This document shows positions 17,801 through 26,379 of a stretch of DNA of 32,000 bases, one piece after another. The notes beneath the pieces are model-generated. The model searched no databases. It saw only the letters and a program-made list of their open reading frames with translations, and had not been told where the DNA came from. The position numbers and the translations under genes were made by a program. Within the stretch, counting starts at the first letter, position 1. Each line of letters starts with the position of its first letter. The stretch comes from Methylophaga frappieri (lineage in GTDB: Bacteria; Pseudomonadota; Gammaproteobacteria; Nitrosococcales; Methylophagaceae), in contig NC_017856.1 in the NCBI RefSeq assembly GCF_000260965.1, positions 2,040,001 to 2,072,000 of the forward strand, written 5' to 3'.

Positions 17801-18199
17801 GGCGCGGTTACCTGCCAAGGGATAGGTATATCGAATCACCATGTCGGGTGCAGCCGCAATATTGCGTAATTGATTCTGACCATGGAACAGATGCTGCATC
17901 GCCAATGAAAATTCATCCTGAGTCAGATCGGGGTTAACAATAAACAGGCCAGGCAGGCCACGAATGATCTGGATATGGTTTTGCAGGCTGGTGACCAGCC
18001 GACTGTGATAACGGCTTAGCCATTGCTGGGTTTCATTGTAAATTTGGCTGCGCTGCTGTTCTTGGACAATATGATTGACATAACTGGCTGCTGCCATGGT
18101 GATTAGGGCAATCACCGTCAGCATGGCGGTAAACCACTTTTTACTGTGACTAAGCCGTCGCAATTTAACCAGTCGCTTAAACCAGACAGAATGGCTCAT
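14879..18199 (-). CDS. Membrane sensor CHASE-PAS-PAS-GGDEF-EAL protein (c-di-GMP synthesis and hydrolysis)
   Basis: 1106 aa. TM helix, periplasmic CHASE-like domain, second TM helix, two PAS domains, then GGDEF (intact RFGGDEF with an upstream REGD I-site). The EAL domain has VEALIRW, LEILETG, DDFGTGYSSL, KIDQSFV and EGVE. A 123-aa unassigned C-terminal tail follows. Confidence 0.9.
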   Translation of the reverse strand: MSHSVWFKRLVKLRRLSHSKKWFTAMLTVIALITMAAASYVNHIVQEQQRSQIYNETQQWLSRYHSRLVTSLQNHIQIIRGLPGLFIVNPDLTQDEFSLAMQHLFHGQNQLRNIAAAPDMVIRYTYPLAGNRATLGLDYRKVPDQFAAAELARTTGRLVLAGPLELKQGGVGLITRIPVFRTQNEKREFWGLISAVIDSNAFFAAAGLDNNMPIELAIRGKDGLGANGEMVWGEPALFDDPRMLMRMELPEGYWQLVAQPLGGWQAAQQNVWQTRILIFGIAIAIFILLEAFFRLIFSASLANLKFRHLIENSPIPYLLVSSKKQVSFINPAFTESYGYRLDNFPQLMAWWQQTSLDPGYQKQLNLWLEGKLAVSELSKTTTEVTITCPDGSERVALLSFSALQDAFENELLLVFYDITVRKTAEQQLRFAAQMFTQAHEGIVITETDGTIIDVNPAFTSITGYPREEVIGQNPSLLKSGRHDDGFYAAMWQALDKDGYWRGEVWNKRRDGELYAQLMTISALAGKDAQERHYVGLFSDITQTKQQQETLELMAHYDVLTKLPNRVLFAERFQQATEHSRKTQTWLGVCFLDLDNFKPVNDTYGHSVGDKLLVEVAKRLTDCVREGDTLSRFGGDEFAILFQDVESYEQCELFLQRIHETLAQPFKIGDLELSLSASSGIAMYPQDDDNLDTLLRYSDQAMYQAKLTGRNTYQLFNPHENQQTIEKHALLQALRVALQEDQLCLYFQPEINMRNGKVMGVEALIRWQHPEQGLLLPGQFLPVLADTELEIQVGNWVIQQAIRQIDAFQNVLKQPLFISVNIAASHLQSRDFVSNLQAALAAYPQVLSPSLQLEILETGALGDVRTISRVIRDCREQLGVQVALDDFGTGYSSLTHLRHLSANTIKIDQSFVRDLLDDPNDFNIVEGVIGLARAFDRQVVAEGVESEAIGQMLLLLNCDLAQGYAIAKPMPAADFIDWIAHYQPLPGWQQLAEKNLSPWQKSLYLLRLSVTRWLGQFSAEHKDSPIPSTALNPQTSHCGSLLRRCSQQQAANMTCLQQLATSQDYMHEIARALNACEATSPDRLELQQQLAQQADIFYALIDRALAD

Positions 18200-18703
18200 C
18201 CGGTCTTTAGCACCCGTTTTTCGCTGTTATCAGCGAGCGGATTAACCAGTCCGCTATTGTTTTGCGCGGCTTCTCGGAAAAACGACAAACTTTGCCTGCC
18301 AGACGGAAGCGTCCGGCTATCATTAGCGTCGAAATGAATACAGACCATGCAAAGTCGGCGCAGGCTTGTAAGCAATGCCATATCTAGGTCGTCCATGCCG
18401 GATTTACCATAATTTTTCTATCGTCTTTTGATGGTTTTTGGCCAAACAGAGTTAAAAATAGCATTAATGCCGCCATTTGTCGGCAACCTCATGTGAATCC
18501 CGCCGAACGGTAATTTTTTCTGAGCGCCACAAATTTAAGTTGTGCGCAAACGGACTTGCTTGGCGGTCATTCATGCTGACATGCCACACTTTTTCTCTCT
18601 AGATAAGCCAAGACAGTTTTTTCGGTCTGATAACTGTGTTAAAAAATAAGTAAGCCGTTGAATTTTTCCGACACCATGGCCCTGCGCCGGAGGATTGCCT
18701 TAT

Positions 18704-20344
18704 ATGAAAACATCGGATCTGCTGGTTAAAGCGCTGGAAAATGAAGGGGTGGAGTATATCTTTGGCATCCCTGGTGAAGAAAACCTGGATCTGCTGGACT
18801 CGCTGCAACACTCCTCAATCAAACTTATTGTAACTCGCCACGAACAAGGTGCTGGCTTTATGGCAGCAACTTATGGTCGTCTTACTGGTAAACCCGGTGT
18901 TTGTCTGTCGACATTGGGGCCGGGCGCGACAAATCTGGTGACGCCAGCAGCGTATGCGCAACTCGGTGGCATGCCAATGTTGATTATCACGGGCCAAAAG
19001 CCGATTAAAGCCAGCAAACAGGCCTTGTTTCAGATTGTTGATGTCGTCAACATGTTGCGGCCTATCACCAAATATACCAAGCAAGTCGTTCATGGCAGTA
19101 CGATTGGCGCCATTGTGCGGGAAGCTTTTCGTGTTGCAGTCCAGGAACGGCCAGGAGCGGTTCATATCGAATTGCCAGAGGACATCGCGGCAGAAGAAGC
19201 GAGTGATCGTGTCTATGTCGTGGAAAATATCCGTCGTGCCGATGCCGATAACACGACGATTCGGGAAGCACTGGAAAAGATTGAAAATGCCAGCATGCCA
19301 TTGCTATTGATTGGGGCGGGAGCCAACCGCAAACGCGCCAGCAAAGCATTGACCCGATTTGTCGAAAAAACGGGTATTCCATTTTTTAATACGCAGCTTG
19401 GTAAGGGGGTCATCGACGAACGGCATGACAGTTATCTGGGTACTGCCGCACTCTCTGAGTCCGACTATTTGCACTGCGCCATAGACCGTGCTGACTTGAT
19501 TATTAATGTGGGCCACGATGAAGTTGAAAAGCCGCCGTTTTTTATGAAAGAAAACGGCACTCAGGTTATACATATTAATTTTCATGCTGCGGAAGTGGAT
19601 CCGGTGTACTTTCCGCAACTCGATGTCGTGGGCGATATTGCCACGTCAATCAATCGGCTAACAGATGCTTTGTCTCCCCAATCTCACTGGGACTTTTCCT
19701 ACTTTTACAGAGTCAAGCAAGAGGTCAAAAAACGGCTCGGTAATTATAGTGACGATGAACGTTTCCCTATTTTGCCGCAATCAGCGGTGACGACCATTCG
19801 GGATGTCATGGGAGAACAGGACATTCTGGCTCTGGATAATGGCCTGTTCAAAATCTGGTTTGCCCGGAATTACCCGAGTTATGATTGCAATACCTTGTTG
19901 CTGGACAATGCTTTGGCGACCATGGGGGCCGGTTTGCCCAGTGCCATGATGGCCAAACTTATATACCCTGATCGCAATGTGATGGCAGTCTGTGGCGACG
20001 GTGGCTTTATGATGAATTCTCAGGAAATGGAGACAGCCGTTCGGTTAAATCTGGATTTGGTTGTGGTCATTCTCAATGACAATGCCTACGGTATGATTAA
20101 GTGGAAGCAGCAGGGAATGGGATTTACCGATTTCGGACTGAATTTCAGTAATCCGGACTTTGTAAAATACGCTGAAAGTTATGGTGCTCATGGCCATCGA
20201 CCGTCAAGTTACAACGAGTTTGAAGAAGTGCTAAAGGCTGCCTTGACTGCCGGAGGCGTGCATCTGATTGATGTGGCGGTTGATTACTCATTAAATCACG
20301 CTATCCTCAATGAAGGCCTGAAACAAAAACTGTGTATTTTATAA
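18704..20344 (+). CDS. Thiamine-diphosphate enzyme of the acetolactate synthase/2-oxoacid decarboxylase family
   Basis: The ATG at 18704 lies 10 nt after GGAGG (the track uses a TTG at 18695). N-terminal Pyr domain LVKALENEGVEYIFGIPGEENL. ThDP/Mg motif GDGGFMMNSQEMETAVRLNLDLVVVILNDNAYG. Confidence 0.85.
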   Translation: MKTSDLLVKALENEGVEYIFGIPGEENLDLLDSLQHSSIKLIVTRHEQGAGFMAATYGRLTGKPGVCLSTLGPGATNLVTPAAYAQLGGMPMLIITGQKPIKASKQALFQIVDVVNMLRPITKYTKQVVHGSTIGAIVREAFRVAVQERPGAVHIELPEDIAAEEASDRVYVVENIRRADADNTTIREALEKIENASMPLLLIGAGANRKRASKALTRFVEKTGIPFFNTQLGKGVIDERHDSYLGTAALSESDYLHCAIDRADLIINVGHDEVEKPPFFMKENGTQVIHINFHAAEVDPVYFPQLDVVGDIATSINRLTDALSPQSHWDFSYFYRVKQEVKKRLGNYSDDERFPILPQSAVTTIRDVMGEQDILALDNGLFKIWFARNYPSYDCNTLLLDNALATMGAGLPSAMMAKLIYPDRNVMAVCGDGGFMMNSQEMETAVRLNLDLVVVILNDNAYGMIKWKQQGMGFTDFGLNFSNPDFVKYAESYGAHGHRPSSYNEFEEVLKAALTAGGVHLIDVAVDYSLNHAILNEGLKQKLCIL

Positions 20345-20353
20345 GGAGTTGTC

Positions 20354-21805
20354 ATGAGCACGCTTCCTCATTTTGCCCTTAACATTCCCGGCGTTCAGGT
20401 TGGCTCAGGTCAATCTATTGAAGTGACCAATCCGTTTTCTGATGCTGTCTTAGCCACTGTTGAAACAGCGGATCAGCAAGTTGTTGAACAGGCCTTATCC
20501 ACCGCGTGGCAGTGCTTTCGAAAACGTGATGCTTGGCTGCCCGTTCCGGAAAGGCTGACTATTCTTGAAAAGGCCATGCAATTGATGCAGCAACAGGCAA
20601 GCACACTGGCCGAAGGAGCGGCAGCAGAAGGGGGCAAGCCACTGGTGGACTCTCAAGTGGAAATCGCACGCTGCATTGACAGTATCCGCCAGTGTATTGA
20701 TACCTTACGTCACCAAGGCGCACATCCTGTTCCTATGGGCGTTAATGCGGCTTCACAGCATCGTCTTACCTTGTTTCAAAAGGAACCCATTGGCGTGGTA
20801 GTGGCAATTAGTGCTTTTAACCACCCACTAAATCTGATTGCCCATCAGGTGGGCCCGGCGATTGCGGCAGGTTGCCCGGTGATTGTCAAACCGGCCGAAG
20901 CTACTCCGTTGTCGTGTTTCAGGTTGGTGGAGATTTTCTATCAAGCCGGCTTGCCGGCAGAATGGTGTCAGGCATTATTGACAGACAGTCACGCCACCGC
21001 AGAAAAATTGGCAACAGATAAACGGGTAGGTTTTCTTAGCTTCATTGGCAGTGCTAAAGTCGGCTGGTATTTAAGAAGTAAACTTGCAGCGGGCACACGC
21101 TGCGCTCTAGAACATGGCGGAATTGCACCAGTCATTATTGATAAATCCGCCAATATTGATGAGATCGTGCCCGGTTTGGCGAAAGGTGGCTTTTATCATG
21201 CGGGCCAGGTTTGCGTTTCGGTGCAACGTGTTTATGTGCATAAATCGATAGCCAAAGCGTTAGCCGATAAGCTGATTGATGCTGCTAAAGCGCAGCGTGT
21301 GGGCGACCCGCTGTCAGCTGATACCACGGTCGGTCCGCTCATTCGGGCTGAGGAGGTAGACCGGGTGGATCGCTGGGTCCATGATGCGGTAGAGCAAGGA
21401 GCATCGTTGCTTTGTGGCGGACAACGATTAGCAAATCATTGTTATGAACCGACCGTTTTATTTGATCCCCCTGCGACGTCGGTGGTCACGAACCAAGAAA
21501 TTTTCGGCCCGGTGATTTGCCTGTTTCCGGTTGATGATATTGCCCATGCCGTGGCGGCTGCGAATGATACGGATTTTGCTTTTCAAGCAGCGGTATATAG
21601 TCAGGACATTGATCAGGCGATGTATGCCGCGTGTCGATTGGATGCTTCGGCGGTGATGATTAATGAGCACACGGCGTTTCGAGTGGACTGGATGCCCTTT
21701 GCCGGACTGAAGCATTCCGGCCATGGCGTTGGCGGGATTCAATATTCTATGGCGGAAATGCAAGTGGATAAGATGATGGTGTTGTCTTCCAGATCGATTC
21801 CTTAA
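20354..21805 (+). CDS. NAD(P)+-dependent aldehyde dehydrogenase
   Basis: 483 aa. ALDH signatures are present (FNHPLNL, VKPAE.TPL, LEHGG at the ELGG position, catalytic GQVCVS, EIFGPV). TAAGGAG RBS, 9 nt after the upstream stop. Confidence 0.9.
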   Translation: MSTLPHFALNIPGVQVGSGQSIEVTNPFSDAVLATVETADQQVVEQALSTAWQCFRKRDAWLPVPERLTILEKAMQLMQQQASTLAEGAAAEGGKPLVDSQVEIARCIDSIRQCIDTLRHQGAHPVPMGVNAASQHRLTLFQKEPIGVVVAISAFNHPLNLIAHQVGPAIAAGCPVIVKPAEATPLSCFRLVEIFYQAGLPAEWCQALLTDSHATAEKLATDKRVGFLSFIGSAKVGWYLRSKLAAGTRCALEHGGIAPVIIDKSANIDEIVPGLAKGGFYHAGQVCVSVQRVYVHKSIAKALADKLIDAAKAQRVGDPLSADTTVGPLIRAEEVDRVDRWVHDAVEQGASLLCGGQRLANHCYEPTVLFDPPATSVVTNQEIFGPVICLFPVDDIAHAVAAANDTDFAFQAAVYSQDIDQAMYAACRLDASAVMINEHTAFRVDWMPFAGLKHSGHGVGGIQYSMAEMQVDKMMVLSSRSIP

Positions 21806-21813
21806 TTGCTAGA

Positions 21814-21847
21814 CAAAAAAAGACCGCTCTGTGGCGGTCTTTTTTTT
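21814..21847. terminator. Bidirectional Rho-independent terminator between the ALDH gene (+) and dps (-)
   Basis: A7, hairpin agaccgc-tctgt-gcggtct (21821-21840), then T7+ (21841-21847). Confidence 0.85.
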
Positions 21848-21862
21848 GAGATGCGACGGTCT

Positions 21863-22333
21863 TTACTCTTGCATCATACGTAACATCCAGGCTGTTTTTT
21901 CGTGAATCGTCATGCGATCACCAACCAATGCTGCGGTGGATTCGTCTTCAGCCTCTTCGGCCAGCTTTAATGCTTGGCGACAAGTTTTTACCACGCGCTC
22001 ATGGCTGTCATTCAAAATTTTAACCATTTCTTTCGCGTCAGGGACGCCCTCGACTTCTTTGATTGAACTGAGTTCAGCAAAAGCCTTGTATGTTCCCGGT
22101 GCGGCAACGTCTAAAGTCCGGATGCGTTCAGCAATTTCGTCCACTGCGGTTGCCAGTTCTGTGTAGTGTTCTTCAAACATCAGATGCAAGTCACGAAACT
22201 GGGGTCCGCTGACGTTCCAGTGGAAATTATGCGTTTGCAAATAAAGCGTGTAAGAGTCAGCAAGAAGATGTTTCAGTGCCTCTGCCACCTTGGTGCGGTC
22301 CTGTTTATCGATACCAATATCAATTTTGCTCAT
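21863..22333 (-). CDS. dps: Dps, DNA starvation/stationary-phase protection ferritin-like protein
   Basis: 156 aa. [38 protein letters not shown]....[10 protein letters not shown] is the Dps ferroxidase-site region. AAGGAG RBS. Confidence 0.92.
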   Translation of the reverse strand: MSKIDIGIDKQDRTKVAEALKHLLADSYTLYLQTHNFHWNVSGPQFRDLHLMFEEHYTELATAVDEIAERIRTLDVAAPGTYKAFAELSSIKEVEGVPDAKEMVKILNDSHERVVKTCRQALKLAEEAEDESTAALVGDRMTIHEKTAWMLRMMQE

Positions 22334-22570
22334 GAGCTCTCCTTATTATGCTAATTATGCCGATCCAAATGCGATCGGGGTTAGTCGTCCACGATTTATC
22401 GTCACTATACAGTTGTGCATGTCAAATGCATGTAAAAAGTACATTGCCAGACAACGGATTGTCATTAACATACATAAAACCTCAGTTTTACTTATGCTGA
22501 CGGCAATGCAACTTATTTTTTATATAAGGGCGCGGGTAAAAGATAACAAGGTGGCGTGACTTGTTTGATA

Positions 22571-23746
22571 TTACCTGACTGAACGATACACTCCAGGGCG
22601 GCCGCGCTTACTTAACACTAACTGCCATAACTGACCCTTTTTACTGCGAAAAAACCCCGCACATGCATGCAAGTAGTATTTCCACATCCGGTAGAAACGC
22701 TCGTCATAGTGAGGTGCTAGTGTTGGCCAAGCCTGATCAAACTGTTGCCACCAATGCAGCAGGGTGACATCGTAGTCGGGGCCAAAATTATGCCAATCTT
22801 CAAGCACAAAGCGATGATCGAGCACTTTGCCCAGTTCTTTCACGGAAGGCAATTTGCCATTGGGAAAAATATAACGATCAATCCACGCATCCACTTTAAA
22901 GACAGTCTCGTATGAACCGATTGTATGCAGCAGAAACAGGCCATCCTTGCTGAGCAATCGACTGGCAGTATCAAAATAGTCTGAGTAATTTTTGGGGCCA
23001 ACATGTTCAAACATGCCGATAGAAACAATTTTATCGAAGTGCCCATTTACTTCTCGGTAATCTTTTAAGTCAATGGTAACAGGCAAACCGATGCAGCGTT
23101 GTTGCGCCAATTTTTGTTGTTCTTTGGAGATGGTGACGCCATACACTTCCACGCCATAGTTTTCTGCTGCGTAACGTGCAAACCCGCCCCAGCCACAACC
23201 GATTTCAAAGACCGTTTCACCAGGTTGCAGCGCCAATTTTCGACAAACGAGATCCAATTTGGCCAGCTGCGCATCAGCAAGGTTATCGGCGTTTGCCCAA
23301 TAACCGCAGGAGTAACTCATGGTGGGATCCAGCATGGCCTCAAAAATATCATTGCCGGCATCGTAATGTTTTTCACCGACCTGATAGGCTCTGGCGCGGC
23401 TTTGTAGATTAAACAGGTTCTGGCGAATGATTTCGCTGACTAAGCGGACTTTTACCCAGCCTCCCAGCTTTTTTTCGACATCAGCTGAAAGTAGTCGGGT
23501 GAATAGCACGTCCAGCGCTCGGCAATCCCACATTTTATCCATGTAGCTTTCACCAAAGCCTAAAGAGCCTTGAGTTAAAACGCGGCGGTAAAAACGGTCA
23601 TCGTTTACCTGGATATCCCATGGCTTGTCGCCATTAAATTGCACTTCAGCGTGCGCGGCGATTTCTGCGAGAATAGAAGGTGAGTTGTTTTTTCGGGCTG
23701 ACTTTAGCAAGCCAGTTTGAGGTGATTCAAAGTGATGATGAGCCAT
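22571..23746 (-). CDS. cfa: Cyclopropane-fatty-acyl-phospholipid synthase
   Basis: About 391 aa. HYD.GNDIFE..LDP.M.YSCGYW, SAM motif VFEIGCGWGGFARYAAE.YGV.V.GVT.S.EQ, and ...FEHVG..NY..YF. AGGAG abuts the first ATG (23755), so the ATG at 23746 with 9-nt spacing is preferred. Confidence 0.9.
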   Translation of the reverse strand: MAHHHFESPQTGLLKSARKNNSPSILAEIAAHAEVQFNGDKPWDIQVNDDRFYRRVLTQGSLGFGESYMDKMWDCRALDVLFTRLLSADVEKKLGGWVKVRLVSEIIRQNLFNLQSRARAYQVGEKHYDAGNDIFEAMLDPTMSYSCGYWANADNLADAQLAKLDLVCRKLALQPGETVFEIGCGWGGFARYAAENYGVEVYGVTISKEQQKLAQQRCIGLPVTIDLKDYREVNGHFDKIVSIGMFEHVGPKNYSDYFDTASRLLSKDGLFLLHTIGSYETVFKVDAWIDRYIFPNGKLPSVKELGKVLDHRFVLEDWHNFGPDYDVTLLHWWQQFDQAWPTLAPHYDERFYRMWKYYLHACAGFFRSKKGQLWQLVLSKRGRPGVYRSVR

Positions 23747-23945
23747 TGTCTGCATCTCCTTTTCATCTTTACTTGAATAACCATAGCGTATATTTAATGG
23801 TTTTTGAACTGGGAAATTGTCAACATCAACAACTATTTAGCAAAAAATAACGGCTTACATTTCGGGCAATGCTATCCGGCTTGGCAGCGCGTTTGTTACT
23901 CGCAACCTCGCTGCTTGCCCGTTTGCTTTGTCTTAACGATGCAGG

Positions 23946-23976
23946 GCGTACTGATTGTTGAGTACGCTGGTTTTTT
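23946..23976 (+). terminator. Orphan plus-strand intrinsic-terminator-like hairpin in the cfa / PepSY intergenic region
   Basis: gcgtact (23946-23952), 8-nt loop, agtacgc (23961-23967), then tgg and TTTTTT (23971-23976). No annotated plus-strand gene lies upstream of it. Confidence 0.45.
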
Positions 23977-23981
23977 AAATT

Positions 23982-24018
23982 TTCAGCTCAAATTCAGCTG
24001 GACAAGGTAGGCTAAATA
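23982..24018 (+). promoter_or_regulatory. Predicted response-regulator-dependent promoter of the PepSY-RR-HK operon
   Basis: Direct repeat TTCAGCT (23982-23988) and TTCAGCT (23993-23999), 11 bp centre to centre. Then GGAC, AAGGTAGGCT (24004-24013) and a -10-like TAAATA (24013-24018), 26 nt before the ATG. The same layout occurs at 26754-26790 on the minus strand. Confidence 0.55.
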
Positions 24019-24044
24019 AAAGGTCTGCCCGGAGGCATGTGCTG

Positions 24045-24353
24045 ATGACAAAGTTGACGTACTACTATCTGCTCAGTGTCGTAACTCTGAGTGTGTCGCT
24101 CCCTGTTTTGGCTGCAGAGATCAGCTACGACGAAGCGCGTGCATTACGTAAAGCGGGCAAGATATTACCGCTTTCAACCGTGATAGCGCAGGCGCAGGTA
24201 GTCAAGCCTGGTAAAGTCATCGAAATCCAACTCGATGAGGATGATGGCCAGTACGAATATGAAATTGAGCTTCTCGATGCAAATGGTCGAGTCTGGGAGA
24301 TGGAATTTAATGCTACAGACGGGGCGCTAATGGACCTTGAGTTGGACGATTAA
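24045..24353 (+). CDS. PepSY-domain periplasmic protein
   Basis: The ATG at 24045 lies 9 nt after GGAGG. Signal peptide, then PepSY core GKVIEIQLDEDDGQYEYEIELLDANGRVWEMEFNATDGAL. Confidence 0.8.
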   Translation: MTKLTYYYLLSVVTLSVSLPVLAAEISYDEARALRKAGKILPLSTVIAQAQVVKPGKVIEIQLDEDDGQYEYEIELLDANGRVWEMEFNATDGALMDLELDD

Positions 24354-24355
24354 GC

Positions 24356-25018
24356 ATGAGACTACTCATCATAGAGGATGATCCATTGGCTGGGCCGTCA
24401 CTACGGGAGGCATTGATGCGTGCTGGTTTTGCCGTGGATTTGGCGGTGGATGGTGTAGATGGTGAAGCATTGGGAGAGATTGAACCATACGATATTATTG
24501 TGCTGGATTTAGGCCTGCCCAAACGACCCGGACTGGACGTGCTGCGAAACTGGCGAAGTCGAAACCATCGTGTCCCCGTCATTATTTTAACGGCACGGGG
24601 CAGCTGGGAAGAAAAAGTCGAAGGCTTTAACGCTGGCGCAGATGATTATGTTGCCAAGCCGTTTCAGACTGAAGAATTACTTGCTCGTATAAATGCGGTT
24701 TTAAAGCGAAGTATGGGCTCACCAACTGGGGCGTTAACGGCGGCAGGGCTCGTTTTGGATGAAGCCGCGCAAAAAGTCACCTTAGCTGACGGACAATCAC
24801 TTAGCCTGACAGGCACGGAATTTCGTTTGCTGCGTTATTTTATGCTGCATCCGGGCCAGGTTATTTCCAAAAGCCGTCTGACAGAGCATGTCTATGATTA
24901 TGATAGCGATAAGGATAGCAACGTCATGGAAGTTTACGTGAATCGACTCCGGCAAAAAATCGGTTCTCATTGCATCACCACACGTCGTGGACAGGGGTAT
25001 GTGTTTGGTGATCAATGA
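24356..25018 (+). CDS. OmpR/PhoP-family response regulator
   Basis: 220 aa. REC domain (LLIIEDD...DIIVLDLGLP...ILTAR...GADDYV.KPF) plus a winged-helix output (LTGTEFRLLRYFM...V.S...L...VY.........NV.EVYVNRLR.KI......I.T.RG.GY.F). Confidence 0.92.
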   Translation: MRLLIIEDDPLAGPSLREALMRAGFAVDLAVDGVDGEALGEIEPYDIIVLDLGLPKRPGLDVLRNWRSRNHRVPVIILTARGSWEEKVEGFNAGADDYVAKPFQTEELLARINAVLKRSMGSPTGALTAAGLVLDEAAQKVTLADGQSLSLTGTEFRLLRYFMLHPGQVISKSRLTEHVYDYDSDKDSNVMEVYVNRLRQKIGSHCITTRRGQGYVFGDQ

Positions 25019-26352
25019 CCTCACTTAAACATCGGCTCTCTCTCGGCCTGACGCTGACTTTAATCATCTTGCTGGTGTTGCAATGGGCGCTGGTCAGTTA
25101 TGGCATTCAGCGATTAACGGAAAAACAATTAATCGAACGGTTGCAAATGGAGTCAGAAAGCCTGTTGGGCAATCTGACCATTCTGCCCGATGGCAGCATG
25201 ATGCTTGATGAACAAGCGATAAGTAGCTTGTATCGCCGGGCCTTTTCCGGCCGTTATTATCGTATTTGCCGAACAGCAGAAAATTGCATTCAATCCCGAT
25301 CGTTGTGGGATGAGTCACTTGCGATGCCATTGATGGCAAGTGGTCGACAAACGCAAATTCGCCAAGCCGGACCTCAGTCACAGCAGCTTTATGTGATGAC
25401 AAGTGGCTATATCAAGCGTGATCAGTCGCTAACCATTGCCATTGCCGAAGATATTGGTCCGATGCGAGCCGAACTACGGCGTTTTCAATGGTTATTTACG
25501 CTGGTCTCGGCAACCGGGTTACTGTTGTTATTGGCAATGCAGTGGTGGTTAGTGGGCAAGGCATTGTCACCGTTAAAATCGGTGCGCCGGCAGTTGCTCA
25601 AGTTAAATCGTGGCGAGGCAGAGACTTTGACCCGAGAGGTACCAGAAGAAATTGAGCCGGTTATTGCCGCCTTAAATCAACTGCTGACAACATTAAGTCG
25701 AAAAACGCAACGTTCTCGGGTTGCCTTGGGTAATCTTGCCCATGCGCTGAAAAGTCGACTTACGTTGTTGAATCAGATTGCCGAGCAGCCAGCTCTTGGC
25801 GAGCATCCGCAGCTCCAGCAACGCCTCCAGGAAACGACACAAGACTTGTATCAAATTATTGAGCGTGAACTAAAACGTGCTCGCTTGCTGGGCGCCCCCT
25901 TGCCTGGAAAGCAAGTTGATTTACCGAAAACCGTGGCGGATTTATGCCGTACCATGCAACGGATGCATGCGGAGAAAGTGTTAGAGATAGATTGGCGGGT
26001 GGATCCACAGGTGAATTTTGCTGGCGATCGTGAAGATTTGATGGAATTACTAGGAAATTTACTGGATAACGCCAGTAAGTGGTGCCAGAAAAAAATTCAG
26101 ATTACAGTCGAGACCCGCCAAAAAAATCAATGCGAATTTATCATTGAAGATGATGGACCGGGCTGTGCTGAGTCAGATCAGCCACGGTTGACTGAGCGCG
26201 GCTTTCGCGCCGATGAATCTATGCCTGGCAGTGGGCTGGGATTGGCGATCGTGCATGATATTGTGGATAGCTATAAAGGCCAGCTACATTTTTCCGACTC
26301 CCCCTCTTTAGGTGGGTTGAAAATCCGTGTAGTCATGCCTGGCAGGCCTTAG
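25015..26352 (+). CDS. Sensor histidine kinase (PhoQ/QseC-like), partner of the 24356 regulator
   Basis: 445 aa. Two TM helices bracket a periplasmic domain. Also HAMP, H-box LGNLAHALKSRLTLL, N-box LLGNLLDNASKW, G-boxes DDGPG and GSGLGLAIV. ATGA start/stop overlap with the RR gene. Confidence 0.9.
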   Translation: MTSLKHRLSLGLTLTLIILLVLQWALVSYGIQRLTEKQLIERLQMESESLLGNLTILPDGSMMLDEQAISSLYRRAFSGRYYRICRTAENCIQSRSLWDESLAMPLMASGRQTQIRQAGPQSQQLYVMTSGYIKRDQSLTIAIAEDIGPMRAELRRFQWLFTLVSATGLLLLLAMQWWLVGKALSPLKSVRRQLLKLNRGEAETLTREVPEEIEPVIAALNQLLTTLSRKTQRSRVALGNLAHALKSRLTLLNQIAEQPALGEHPQLQQRLQETTQDLYQIIERELKRARLLGAPLPGKQVDLPKTVADLCRTMQRMHAEKVLEIDWRVDPQVNFAGDREDLMELLGNLLDNASKWCQKKIQITVETRQKNQCEFIIEDDGPGCAESDQPRLTERGFRADESMPGSGLGLAIVHDIVDSYKGQLHFSDSPSLGGLKIRVVMPGRP

Positions 26353-26379
26353 CGTTTATTTTTTTTGAGATATAAAAAA

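Noticed and set aside
18561-18577. Sigma-54-like TGGCGG-N-...-TGCT element upstream of the ThDP-enzyme gene
   Set aside because: The GG-to-GC spacing is one nucleotide longer than the canonical -24/-12 arrangement. No enhancer-binding protein gene is nearby.
18146-18811. Three 60-70-aa ORFs in the 18.2-18.7 kb intergenic region
   Set aside because: They mutually overlap or overlap the ends of real genes. They lack RBS and recognisable motifs.
23804-24010. 68-aa plus-strand ORF between cfa and the PepSY gene
   Set aside because: It has a TTG start and no RBS. It runs straight through a terminator-like hairpin and the direct-repeat promoter, and the protein is Cys-rich and implausible.
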